Source of the DNA: an uncultured Clostridium sp.
GTDB lineage: Bacteria > Bacillota > Clostridia > TANB77 > CAG-508
Assembly (NCBI GenBank): GCA_900551615.1
Contig: URWN01000001.1
Span: 73,767-137,766 of the forward strand
Length of the DNA stretch: 64,000 nt
Direction of reading: 5' to 3'
Shown in pieces: positions 16,701 to 25,660 of this stretch. The first letter of the stretch is position 1, and each line of letters starts with the position of its first letter. The position numbers and the translations under genes are program-made. A model generated the notes under the pieces. The model made no database searches and was not told the DNA's origin. It saw nothing but the letters and a program-made list of their open reading frames with translations.

Positions 16701-16786
16701 CGTTTCTGATGGGACAAAAATGTCCCAAAAGAACCGAGGTTAAAAATATTTAAAATAAAAAGTATCGAAATAAAAAGAGGTAAAAA

Positions 16787-17845
16787 ATGAAAAGAGAAAA
16801 TACAAGAAAAATAATGGTAGGAAATGTCCAAATAGGAGGACAAAACAAAGTAGTAATACAATCAATGTGTAACACAAAAACAAAGGACATAAATGCAACA
16901 GTAAAACAAATATTAAATTTAGAAAAAGCAGGATGTGAAATAATAAGAGTAGCATGTCTAGATATAGAAGACGCAAAAGCAATAAAAAAAATAAAAAAAC
17001 AAATACACATCCCAATAGTTGCCGACATTCATTTTGATTACAGAATCGCATTAGAAGCAATAGATGCAGGAGTTGATAAAGTAAGAATAAACCCAGGAAA
17101 CATAGGCTCAGAAGAAAGAGTAAAAATGGTTGTTGATAAATGTAAAGAAAAAAATATACCAATCAGAATAGGTGTAAATGGTGGTTCGTTAGAAAAAGAT
17201 TTACTAGAAAAATATAATGGAAAACCAACTGCAAAAGCAATGGTAGAAAGTGCAAAAAGACATGTAGATATACTAGAAAAATTAAATTTTTATGATTATG
17301 CAATATCATTAAAAGCATCAAATTTAGACTTGTGTATATCAGCATATGAAGAAGCTGCAAAAGAATTTGATTGTCCATTACATTTAGGAATAACAGAATC
17401 AGGAACAGAATTTAGTGGAACAATAAAATCAAGCATTGGGCTTGGAATACTATTAAGAGAAGGGATAGGAGACACATTAAGGGTATCACTTTCAGATGAT
17501 CCAATAAAAGAAATAAAAGTAGCAAAAGAAATTCTAAAAGACTGCAATTTATACAAAAATTCACCAACAATAGTAGCGTGTCCAACATGTGGAAGAACAC
17601 AAATAGATTTAATTCCAATTGCAAAAGAAGTAGAAGAATTCTTGCAAACAATAGATTCAAATATAACTGTTGCAGTTATGGGATGTGCTGTAAACGGACC
17701 AGGAGAAGCCAAAAATGCAGATATAGGAATAGCAGGGGGAATAAAAGAAGGATTGTTATTCAAAAAAGGAAAAATAATTAGAAAAATACCACAAGATAAA
17801 ATTGTTGAAGAATTAAAAAAAGAAATATTAGAAATGGTAAAATAA
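16787..17845 (+). CDS. ispG: 4-hydroxy-3-methylbut-2-en-1-yl diphosphate synthase (IspG/GcpE)
   Basis: Full-length GcpE pattern: [32 protein letters not shown]. Confidence 0.95.
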   Translation: MKRENTRKIMVGNVQIGGQNKVVIQSMCNTKTKDINATVKQILNLEKAGCEIIRVACLDIEDAKAIKKIKKQIHIPIVADIHFDYRIALEAIDAGVDKVRINPGNIGSEERVKMVVDKCKEKNIPIRIGVNGGSLEKDLLEKYNGKPTAKAMVESAKRHVDILEKLNFYDYAISLKASNLDLCISAYEEAAKEFDCPLHLGITESGTEFSGTIKSSIGLGILLREGIGDTLRVSLSDDPIKEIKVAKEILKDCNLYKNSPTIVACPTCGRTQIDLIPIAKEVEEFLQTIDSNITVAVMGCAVNGPGEAKNADIGIAGGIKEGLLFKKGKIIRKIPQDKIVEELKKEILEMVK

Positions 17846-17861
17846 CAGAAAGGAACGAAAT

Positions 17862-18722
17862 ATGGAGATACTAGTAGGAAAAACAGCTGGATTTTGCTAT
17901 GGGGTAAAAAAAGCAGTAGATGGGGCAAAAAATGAAAATAAAAACTCAAAAAATGTCTATTGTCTAGGCGAAATAGTGCATAATAAGCAAGTTATAAATG
18001 ATTTGGAAGAACAAGGAATAAAATTCATAGAGAATATAGAAGATGCAAAGGGAACAACTATAATAAGAGCACACGGAGTCCCAAAAGAAATTTACGAAGA
18101 GGCAAAGAAAAGAAATATAGAATTAAAAGATTATACATGTCCAAATGTATTAAGAATACACAAAATAGTAGAAGATTACTCACAAAAAGGTTATTTTGTA
18201 TTTTTATGTGGAAGTTCAAAACATCCAGAAAATTTAGGAACAATAAGTCATTGCAATAAAAACTCATATATAATAGAAAAAGAAGATGACACATTTAAAG
18301 CATTAGAAAAACTAGAAAAATCAGGAATAAAAAAACTTTTAGTAATCTCACAAACAACATATAGTTTAGAAAAATTTTATATTATAAAAGAAATAATAGA
18401 AAATGAATTACCAAAAAATATAGAATTAGTAATAAAAAATACAATATGTGCAACAACAGAACAAAGACAAATAGAAACAAAAGAATTATCAAAAAAAGTT
18501 GATATTATGATAATAATAGGTGGAAAAAACAGCTCTAATACAAAAAAATTATATGAAGTAGCAATAGAAAATTGCAAAAAAGCTCTTTGTATAGAAACAT
18601 ACAAAGAATTAGAAAATTCACAAAATGATATAAAAAATGCAAATACAATAGGAATAATGGCAGGAGCCTCAACACCACAAAAAAGTATAGAAGAAGTAGT
18701 AGAATATTTAAATAAAGAGTAA
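17862..18722 (+). CDS. ispH: 4-hydroxy-3-methylbut-2-enyl diphosphate reductase (IspH/LytB)
   Basis: LytB pattern with the three cluster cysteines (GFCYGV, TCPNV, ICATT) and GGKNSSNT. Confidence 0.95.
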   Translation: MEILVGKTAGFCYGVKKAVDGAKNENKNSKNVYCLGEIVHNKQVINDLEEQGIKFIENIEDAKGTTIIRAHGVPKEIYEEAKKRNIELKDYTCPNVLRIHKIVEDYSQKGYFVFLCGSSKHPENLGTISHCNKNSYIIEKEDDTFKALEKLEKSGIKKLLVISQTTYSLEKFYIIKEIIENELPKNIELVIKNTICATTEQRQIETKELSKKVDIMIIIGGKNSSNTKKLYEVAIENCKKALCIETYKELENSQNDIKNANTIGIMAGASTPQKSIEEVVEYLNKE

Positions 18723-18729
18723 ATAACAA

Positions 18730-18773
18730 ACCGCAAAGTTCTCAAAATGTCGAATTTTGCGGTCGATTTTTTT
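18730..18773 (+). terminator. intrinsic terminator ACCGCAAA-loop-TTTGCGGT plus T-run
   Basis: 8-bp stem 18730-18737 / 18756-18763, T7 at 18767-18773. Confidence 0.65.
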
Positions 18774-18792
18774 ATAAAAATAAAGAAAAATA

Positions 18793-18821
18793 TTGACACA
18801 ACAAAAATAAGCAGTTATAAT
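18793..18821 (+). promoter_or_regulatory. perfect consensus SigA promoter TTGACA-17-TATAAT
   Basis: TTGACA at 18793-18798 and TATAAT at 18816-18821. Confidence 0.7.
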
Positions 18822-18903
18822 CTATTTAAATTTTAAATCAAAAGCTTTTAATCAAAATTAAATTAGATCTAATTTTAAAAAATCCAAATTTAAAACATTA
18901 AAA

Positions 18904-19560
18904 ATGGAGGTGAAAACGCATAAAGTGAATCAAAAGTTTGTATCAAACAGTAACTATGTTTTCAGAAGAATATTAAATTCTGAAGATTGTTTAGACATTC
19001 TAAAAAACTTAATAGAAGCAATATTAGATATTAATATAAAAGAAATATCATTAAATCCATATTTAAAAAAGATAGAAAAATACCTACCAAAGGAAGAAAA
19101 TTTTGGAATAGCAGATGTAAGAGTAACAACAGCAGAAAATGAAGAAATAAATATAGGAATTCAATTTATAGATGGAATATATGTACAAACCAAAATGTTA
19201 ATGTATTATTCTCAAATTCATCTAAATCAACTAGAATATGGAGATAATAGAGAATTTGCAAAAACAATAACAATAAACTTACTAGACTTTAAATATTTTT
19301 CTTCAAAAGAATATCAAAAAATAATAAGAATAAAAACGAATGAAGGAAATATAAAACTTGAAGAATTAGAAATGTATACAATAGAATTACCAAAATTTAA
19401 ATGTTACGATGAAAATAATATGACAGGAAAAGAACAATGGATTCAATATTTAAAAGGAGCAAATGAATATACATTAGAAAAAATAAAAAATAAAAACAAA
19501 TATATAGAAAAGCTAGATGAACTTGTAGAAAAATATTGGCTTGAAGAAAAAATGGAATAA
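18904..19560 (+). CDS. Rpn / PD-(D/E)XK (PDDEXK_2) family nuclease-like protein, possibly catalytically degenerate
   Basis: 218 aa. Pattern (F)RRIL...E.L..ILKNLIEAIL...I..I, ADVRV...INIGIQ resembles the family core D...(E)xQ, but with Gly where Glu is expected. Start uncertain: ATG 18904 overlaps a GGAGGTGA SD, and in-frame GTG 18925 is an alternative. Confidence 0.5.
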   Translation: MEVKTHKVNQKFVSNSNYVFRRILNSEDCLDILKNLIEAILDINIKEISLNPYLKKIEKYLPKEENFGIADVRVTTAENEEINIGIQFIDGIYVQTKMLMYYSQIHLNQLEYGDNREFAKTITINLLDFKYFSSKEYQKIIRIKTNEGNIKLEELEMYTIELPKFKCYDENNMTGKEQWIQYLKGANEYTLEKIKNKNKYIEKLDELVEKYWLEEKME

Positions 19561-19582
19561 GAGGGATTTTTACATCCCTCTT
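19559..19582. terminator. bidirectional hairpin AAGAGGGAT-loop-ATCCCTCTT between convergent genes
   Basis: 9-bp stem 19559-19567 / 19574-19582. Confidence 0.65.
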
Positions 19583-19596
19583 AAAACAAAATTATA

Positions 19597-21870
19597 TTAA
19601 TGTGACTTTAATGTAACTTTTACTACAGTACCAGCATCAACATTAGAACCTTTAGGCGGATCTTGTGAAACAACAGTACCAGAGCCCTCAATACTAATAT
19701 TTAAATTTGCATTTTTTAATTCAGAAGTTGCTTGATATTTACTTTTTCCTGTTAAATCTGGAACAGTTGTAGATACACGAGTATCTTGATCATAAAGCAT
19801 AATAGTAGATCCTTTTGATAAAGAAACACCTGGCTTTGGAACTTGATCTGTAACAACTGTACTATTTTTATCATTAGAAGTTGTAATTTTTGAAGTGAAA
19901 CCAGCATTTGTAAGAACCTTTTCTGCTTCTGCAATAGTTTTATTTCTAACCTCAGGAACTGTAATTAAATCAGAATCATCAGTAGATTCAGCATCTGATG
20001 GAATTCCTAAATATGGTAAAATTTCAGTTAACATTTGTGAAACAACAGGTCCAGCCAATGTTCCACCTTGGTGATTACTCTTTGGAGGTTTATATAAATT
20101 AAGTAATAAAACAACTTGAGTATCTTCAACAGGAGAAATTGCAACATAAGTAGCAACATAACCATCAATATCTTCTCTACCAGCTCTTGGTTCAGAAGTA
20201 CCAGTTTTACCACCAACAGTATAACCAGTAACTCCGCCTCTCCAACCAGTACCATCTTCAACAACAGATTGCATCATAGATTTAACCTTTGAAGCTGTTT
20301 CAGTAGAAATAACTTGTCTAACTTCTTCTGTATCAATATTTGTAACAGCACCAGTATCCGTATTAGTAATAGATTTTACAATTCTTGGTTTCATCAAAAT
20401 ACCATCATTAGCAATTGCAGAAATTGCAGTAATCATTTGCAAAGGAGTAATACTAAAACGTTGCCCAAATGAATAAGTTGCTCTTTCAACAGGTATAACA
20501 GTAGATTGTTCTTTAAAAATAGAACTAGCCTCAGCAGGCAAATCTACACTAGTTGTATCAAAGAATCCAAAAGATTTATAGTATTTATATAAAGTTGCAG
20601 TACCGATTCTAGAACCTAATTGAATAAGTGCAGGGTTACATGAATTTTCTAATGCTTTTCTTAAAGATTGAGAACCATGAGAACCATCTGTTTTCCAACA
20701 ATTTATTCTAACTCCATCTACCATTTCATAACCAGGACAATAAAAATCGCCACTAACATCTGTACCAGTAATATTTTCTTCTAATGCGGCAGATGCAGTA
20801 ATAAGTTTAAATACAGAACCAGGTTCATATAACTCAGAAACAGACTTATTAGACCACATCTTATAAATTGCATTTACCTTCTCTTCACTATTTAAAGAAT
20901 CATAAGTTTTTGCTACATATTCATTAGGTGTAAAAGGTTGATTTAAATCATAATTTGGATAAGTGGCCATTGCCAATATATCACCAGTCTTAGGATTCAT
21001 AACAATACAATTACCACCATTTTCAACATTATTATCCACAACTGCTTGCTTTAAATATTTTTCAACAATAGTTTGAATATTTAAATCAACAGTAAGAGTT
21101 AAATCACTACCATTTTCAGCAGCAATATAGGTTTCCTCAGTATTAGGAATTTCTTCTTGACTAGCACTTTTTGAACTAACAATTTTACCAGGAGTACCAG
21201 CTAAGACCTTATCCCATTTATTTTCAATACCAGCTAAGCCTTGATTGTCACTACCACAAGAACCAATAACCTGAGATAAAACAGTACTATATGGATAATA
21301 TCTTTTTGTGTCCTCATCAATATTTATTCCAACAGAAACATTATTTTCATCCATCCATTTTTTTAATTGATCAACTTTAGATTGTTCTACTTTTTTGGCA
21401 ATAGTTTCAACTTTTGAAGTACCTGTAACCTTTTTTAAAGTTTCATCATAATCAAGTTCAAAAATATCAGAAAAAGCTTTAGCAACCTTTTCTTTTAAAG
21501 CTTGAGTATTATCAGAATTTTTAGAATCTTTTATTTTTTCAGGGTTTATAGTTATAGTATCAACAGAAGCACTAGTAGCAAGCACTTTACCAGTAGAATC
21601 ATAAATAGAACCCCTTTTAGGACTGATAATTTGATTAATAGATTGCTGATTATATGCAAGTTCTTTTAAATAATTTCCTTGTACAAATTGTAGAAAGCCG
21701 ATTCTACCTATCAATAGTGCAAAAATTAAAATTATTACTATAAATATTGTTTTAATTTTTTTTGTATATATAAAATTTTGAGATTTAAATTCAGTATTTA
21801 TTTTTGTTACTTTTTTATTTGTATTTTTATTATTTTTTTGGTTGTTTTTTTTATTCAATATTTTCACCAC
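19597..21870 (-). CDS. class B penicillin-binding protein with two C-terminal PASTA domains (SpoVD/PBP2B-like transpeptidase)
   Basis: N-terminal TM, dimerisation domain, SxxK (GSVFK), SxN (NSCN), KTGT, then two PASTA-like repeats. Exact start (GTG 21870 or a nearby TTG) uncertain. Confidence 0.9.
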   Translation of the reverse strand: MVKILNKKNNQKNNKNTNKKVTKINTEFKSQNFIYTKKIKTIFIVIILIFALLIGRIGFLQFVQGNYLKELAYNQQSINQIISPKRGSIYDSTGKVLATSASVDTITINPEKIKDSKNSDNTQALKEKVAKAFSDIFELDYDETLKKVTGTSKVETIAKKVEQSKVDQLKKWMDENNVSVGINIDEDTKRYYPYSTVLSQVIGSCGSDNQGLAGIENKWDKVLAGTPGKIVSSKSASQEEIPNTEETYIAAENGSDLTLTVDLNIQTIVEKYLKQAVVDNNVENGGNCIVMNPKTGDILAMATYPNYDLNQPFTPNEYVAKTYDSLNSEEKVNAIYKMWSNKSVSELYEPGSVFKLITASAALEENITGTDVSGDFYCPGYEMVDGVRINCWKTDGSHGSQSLRKALENSCNPALIQLGSRIGTATLYKYYKSFGFFDTTSVDLPAEASSIFKEQSTVIPVERATYSFGQRFSITPLQMITAISAIANDGILMKPRIVKSITNTDTGAVTNIDTEEVRQVISTETASKVKSMMQSVVEDGTGWRGGVTGYTVGGKTGTSEPRAGREDIDGYVATYVAISPVEDTQVVLLLNLYKPPKSNHQGGTLAGPVVSQMLTEILPYLGIPSDAESTDDSDLITVPEVRNKTIAEAEKVLTNAGFTSKITTSNDKNSTVVTDQVPKPGVSLSKGSTIMLYDQDTRVSTTVPDLTGKSKYQATSELKNANLNISIEGSGTVVSQDPPKGSNVDAGTVVKVTLKSH

Positions 21871-21973
21871 TCTTTTGTTAAAAATTATAACATTATTTTA
21901 TATTAAAGATATTTAAAAATCAATAAATTTAGTAAATTTTAGAAAAATAAAGTTACTAAATAATAATTTCATA

Positions 21974-22162
21974 GTGATGTTTATTGATATATTCTTCTTT
22001 GTAAGTAACCAAATGTGATTGGAGCAATATTAGAATTTATTAAATATTTTTTGGACAAGAGTTCACTTTAGTGGAAGGGAGTACAAAAAATATTTTAGAA
22101 AATCTTATATTGTGTATTGAACCGAGGTCACTTACAAATATCAATATATCAATAAACAGCAC
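21974..22162 (+). repeat. imperfect-palindrome intergenic element, copy A (37-nt arms plus ~115-nt conserved core)
   Basis: Arms 21974-22010 and 22126-22162 are complementary at 32/37 positions. The core is about 90% identical to copy B. Confidence 0.8.
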
Positions 22163-22212
22163 ATGGAAAATCAGTATTTATTAACAAAAAATCTAAAAGG
22201 AAAGGAAAAAAT

Positions 22213-23751
22213 ATGATATCAAACATAAAAACAATTTCATTAACCGGAATAGAAGGAAGTTTAGTTGAAGTGCAAACAGACATAACAGGAGGGCTACCAA
22301 CATTTGAAATAGTAGGCCTGCCAGATACAAGTGTAAAAGAGTCAAAAGAAAGAATAAAATCAGCAATAAAAAACTCAAACATAGAATTTCCAAGCAGAAG
22401 AATAATAATAAACTTAGCACCAGCAAGTACCAAAAAAGAAGGAACAAGTTACGACCTACCAATAGCAATAGGAATACTAATAGCTCAAAAAGAAATAATA
22501 AACAACAAACTAGAAAACACAATATTTATAGGAGAATTATCATTAGATGGAAAAATAAACAGAATAAATGGAGTATTACCAATGTGTATAGAAGCAATGA
22601 ATTTAGGAATTAGAAAAGTAATACTCCCAAAGGCAAATGAAAGAGAAGCAGCAGTTATACAAAATTTAGAAATAATAGGAGTACAAAATTTACAAGAAGT
22701 AATAGACTATCTAAACGGAAATAAAAAAATAGAAAAAGCACAAATAGACATATTAAAAATATTTAACAAAAAAAGTAAAGGAAAACTAGACTTTTCAGAA
22801 GTAAAAGGACAAGAAAATGTAAAAAGAGCATTAGAAATAGCAGCAGCAGGAGGACACAACTGCATATTAATTGGTCCACCAGGTTCAGGAAAAACAATGA
22901 TAGCAAAAAGAATACCAACAATATTGCCAGACTTAACATTTGAAGAATCATTAGATGTAACAAAAATACATAGTATATCTGGTATACTGGACAACAACAT
23001 AGGAATTGTAACAACTAGACCATTTAGAAGCCCACATCACACAATATCACCAACATCAATGATAGGTGGTGGAAGAAATCCAAAACCAGGAGAAATAAGT
23101 TTAGCACATAATGGTGTTTTGTTTTTAGACGAATTACCAGAATTTAATAGAACCACACTTGAAATACTAAGAGGTCCGCTAGAAGACAAAGAAGTAACAA
23201 TATCGAGACTATATTCAAAAGTAGAATATCCATCAAACTTTATGCTTATAGCAAGTATGAATCCATGTCCATGCGGATATTATGGAAGTGAAGAAAAAAC
23301 ATGCAATTGTTCTAAGATAGCAATAGAAAAATATCTAAATAAAATAAGTGGACCATTACTAGACAGAATAGACTTACATGTTGAAGTAAAACCAGTAAAA
23401 TATCAAAAATTAAATTCTGATATAAAACCAGAAACATCAAATCAAATAAAATCAAGAGTAAATAAAGCAAGAAGAATACAATACTTAAGATATAAAAATA
23501 CTGGAATGTATTCAAATGCTGAACTTACACCAAAAATGATAGAAAAATACTGCAAGATAGACCAACAATCCAAAACAATACTAGAGCAGGCATTTAACAA
23601 ACTAGGACTAAGTGCAAGAGCATATTCAAGAATATTAAAAGTAGCCAGAACAATAGCAGACTTAGAAGAAAAAGAGAACATAGAAAAACAACACATTTTA
23701 GAAGCAATTCAATATAGAAATTTAGACAGAAAATATGGAGATAAATTTTAA
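22213..23751 (+). CDS. comM: YifB/ComM family Mg-chelatase-like ATPase
   Basis: Lon-like N-domain, Walker A GPPGSGKT, Walker B VLFLDELPEF, C-terminal ChlI-like region. TAATG overlap with the next gene. Confidence 0.9.
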   Translation: MISNIKTISLTGIEGSLVEVQTDITGGLPTFEIVGLPDTSVKESKERIKSAIKNSNIEFPSRRIIINLAPASTKKEGTSYDLPIAIGILIAQKEIINNKLENTIFIGELSLDGKINRINGVLPMCIEAMNLGIRKVILPKANEREAAVIQNLEIIGVQNLQEVIDYLNGNKKIEKAQIDILKIFNKKSKGKLDFSEVKGQENVKRALEIAAAGGHNCILIGPPGSGKTMIAKRIPTILPDLTFEESLDVTKIHSISGILDNNIGIVTTRPFRSPHHTISPTSMIGGGRNPKPGEISLAHNGVLFLDELPEFNRTTLEILRGPLEDKEVTISRLYSKVEYPSNFMLIASMNPCPCGYYGSEEKTCNCSKIAIEKYLNKISGPLLDRIDLHVEVKPVKYQKLNSDIKPETSNQIKSRVNKARRIQYLRYKNTGMYSNAELTPKMIEKYCKIDQQSKTILEQAFNKLGLSARAYSRILKVARTIADLEEKENIEKQHILEAIQYRNLDRKYGDKF

Positions 23752-24612
23752 TGGAAATAAGTATATCAGATCCAATATATCCAGAACAATTAAAAAAACT
23801 AAAACAACCACCACAAGTGTTATATGTAGAAGGAAACATGGAACTATTAAAAATGAATCGGAATATCAATAATAGGAACGAGAAAACCAACACAATACGG
23901 AGAAAAAATGGCAAAAGAATTTACAAAAGAATTAAGCCTATATGGATTAACAATTGTAAGCGGAATGGCTGAGGGAATAGATGAAATAGCACACACTACA
24001 AGCCTAAAAACACAGGGGCAAACAATAGCAGTACTACCATGTGGATTTAACAATATATTCCCAGAAAAAAATAAAAAACTATATAAGCAAATATTAGAAA
24101 ATGAAGGCCTTGTAATAAGCGAATATAAAGAAAATGAAGAGGCAACATATGAGCATTTTTTAGAAAGAAATAGGATAGTAGCAGGTTTATCAATTGGAAC
24201 ATTAGTAGTAGAAGGGGGACATAGAAGTGGTACAAGTGTTACAGCAAGAATAACCAGAAAGCTAGAAAAAAATGTATTTTGCATACCATCAAGTTTAGAC
24301 AATCCAAAAGGCATAACACCAAACAGATTAATACAACAAGGAGCATTTTTAGTAACAAAACCAGAAGAGATTATAAAAAAATATCCTGAATTAAATTTAA
24401 AGAAAAAAGAAATTATAAAACAAAAAGAAAAAGAAGTTTCGCAGGAATTAAAAGAAATCTATGATATCTTAAGCTATGAAGAACCGAAACATATTAATGC
24501 AATAGTAAAAATAACACACATGTCAATTAATGAAATAAACTACAAGTTAATGATGCTTGAGCTTGAAGAAAAAATAGTAGCACTTCCAGGAAATAATTAT
24601 AAAAAATGCTGA
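23751..24612 (+). pseudogene. dprA: DNA processing protein DprA (short form) interrupted by a +1 frameshift near 23856
   Basis: Frame A 23751-23855 gives YPEQLKKLKQPPQVLYVEGN.ELLK. Frame B from 23857 gives IGISIIGTRKPTQYGEKMAKEF...IVSGMAEGIDEIAH... plus a winged-helix C-terminus. Removing one A at 23856/57 joins them. Confidence 0.8.
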
Positions 24613-24649
24613 AAATTATTAAACATTATAAGGGAGAAAAGAAGAAAAT

Positions 24650-25009
24650 ATGAAAATACATATAAAAAAACAATTTGGAAATGCAGGCGAAAATCTTGCA
24701 ACTGAGTACTTGCAAAAACAAGGATATACTATTTTAGAAAAAAATTTTTATTGCAAACAGGGTGAAATTGATATTATTGCAAAAGATAAAAATGAAATTG
24801 TGTTTATAGAAGTAAAAAGCCGTAGCAATATAGTATTTGGCCTTCCATCAGAAGCTGTAACAAAACAAAAAATGAAACATATATTAAAAACCGCTAGATA
24901 TTTTTTATATAAAAACAAAATGATAAATGAATATATCAGGTTTGATGTTGTGGAAATATTAATAAAAAGTGGAAAATTCAATATAAATCATATAAAACAG
25001 ATAATATGA
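24650..25009 (+). CDS. yraN: YraN family (UPF0102) endonuclease-like protein
   Basis: GE..A..YL...GY.ILE.N......GEIDIIA.....IVFIEVK pattern. Confidence 0.85.
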   Translation: MKIHIKKQFGNAGENLATEYLQKQGYTILEKNFYCKQGEIDIIAKDKNEIVFIEVKSRSNIVFGLPSEAVTKQKMKHILKTARYFLYKNKMINEYIRFDVVEILIKSGKFNINHIKQII

Positions 25010-25015
25010 GGTACA

Positions 25016-25038
25016 TTCCCTCCCTTAAAGGGAGGGAA
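25016..25038. terminator. perfect 11-1-11 palindrome TTCCCTCCCTT-A-AAGGGAGGGAA between convergent genes
   Basis: 25016-25026 is the exact reverse complement of 25028-25038. It contains the stop codon of the minus-strand gene. Confidence 0.6.
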
Positions 25039-25408
25039 AATGTAGATCTAAAAAAGGAACAAAAGTATAGTAAATCGCGGTAGACACTACCGAATTAAAC
25101 ATGCCATTTGACGGGGTACTAATATCAAGCAATAGCATCATAAAAGTGGTATCAAGTATCTCAGGATTCTTCTTAGAAAAATTAGCCAATACTTTTCCAA
25201 AGAGATGCTTAACATAAAAACAAACCGCTATAAAAAAATCATCGGACATCTTCTCTGCCGTATCTTTAACTAAACCAGAACATACAGCCGTGGAGACAAA
25301 AGATTTTTTGATTTGTTCCCGTCTTTTCTCTAAAATATCATCCAATAAATTAGAGGAATCTGTAGTGCAACAAATTACTAAGTACTTAAAATTTTCTGAA
25401 TCAAACAT
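25025..25408 (-). CDS. hypothetical protein (127 aa), visibly higher GC than its neighbours
   Basis: Start taken at the internal Met after AAGGAAGG SD (MFDSENFKYLVICC...). No family recognised. Confidence 0.5.
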   Translation of the reverse strand: MFDSENFKYLVICCTTDSSNLLDDILEKRREQIKKSFVSTAVCSGLVKDTAEKMSDDFFIAVCFYVKHLFGKVLANFSKKNPEILDTTFMMLLLDISTPSNGMFNSVVSTAIYYTFVPFLDLHFPSL

Positions 25409-25660
25409 AATGTTACCTTCCTTTTCTAATGTGCCTTTATTCAAAGGACTTATTATTTTATAAGGTTACGTTAATTAAAGCATAACAAAATATTCCATAA
25501 AAGTCAAATATCTGTATTTAATAATAGTGATAAAAATACAGAAAACAAAATATTGAATAAAAAAGCAAAAAATGATATAATACAAAAGTAAATAAAAAGA
25601 AAAAGGTTTATAGGCAAAACCAAATTCAAAAAACCTAAATTCAATATACAAGGAACAAAA

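Noticed and set aside
16731-16740. GAACCGAGGT upstream of ispG matching the TTGAACCGAGGT segment of palindromic element copy A
   Set aside because: Only a 10-nt match with no flanking similarity to the element. It is too short to call a fifth copy.
23851-23860. TGA recoding, an alternative genetic code, or programmed frameshifting as the explanation for the split dprA
   Set aside because: The two parts are in different frames, so stop-codon read-through cannot join them. ORFs up to 2732 codons read through with the standard code. I saw no slippery heptamer or downstream structure. A simple 1-nt indel is sufficient.
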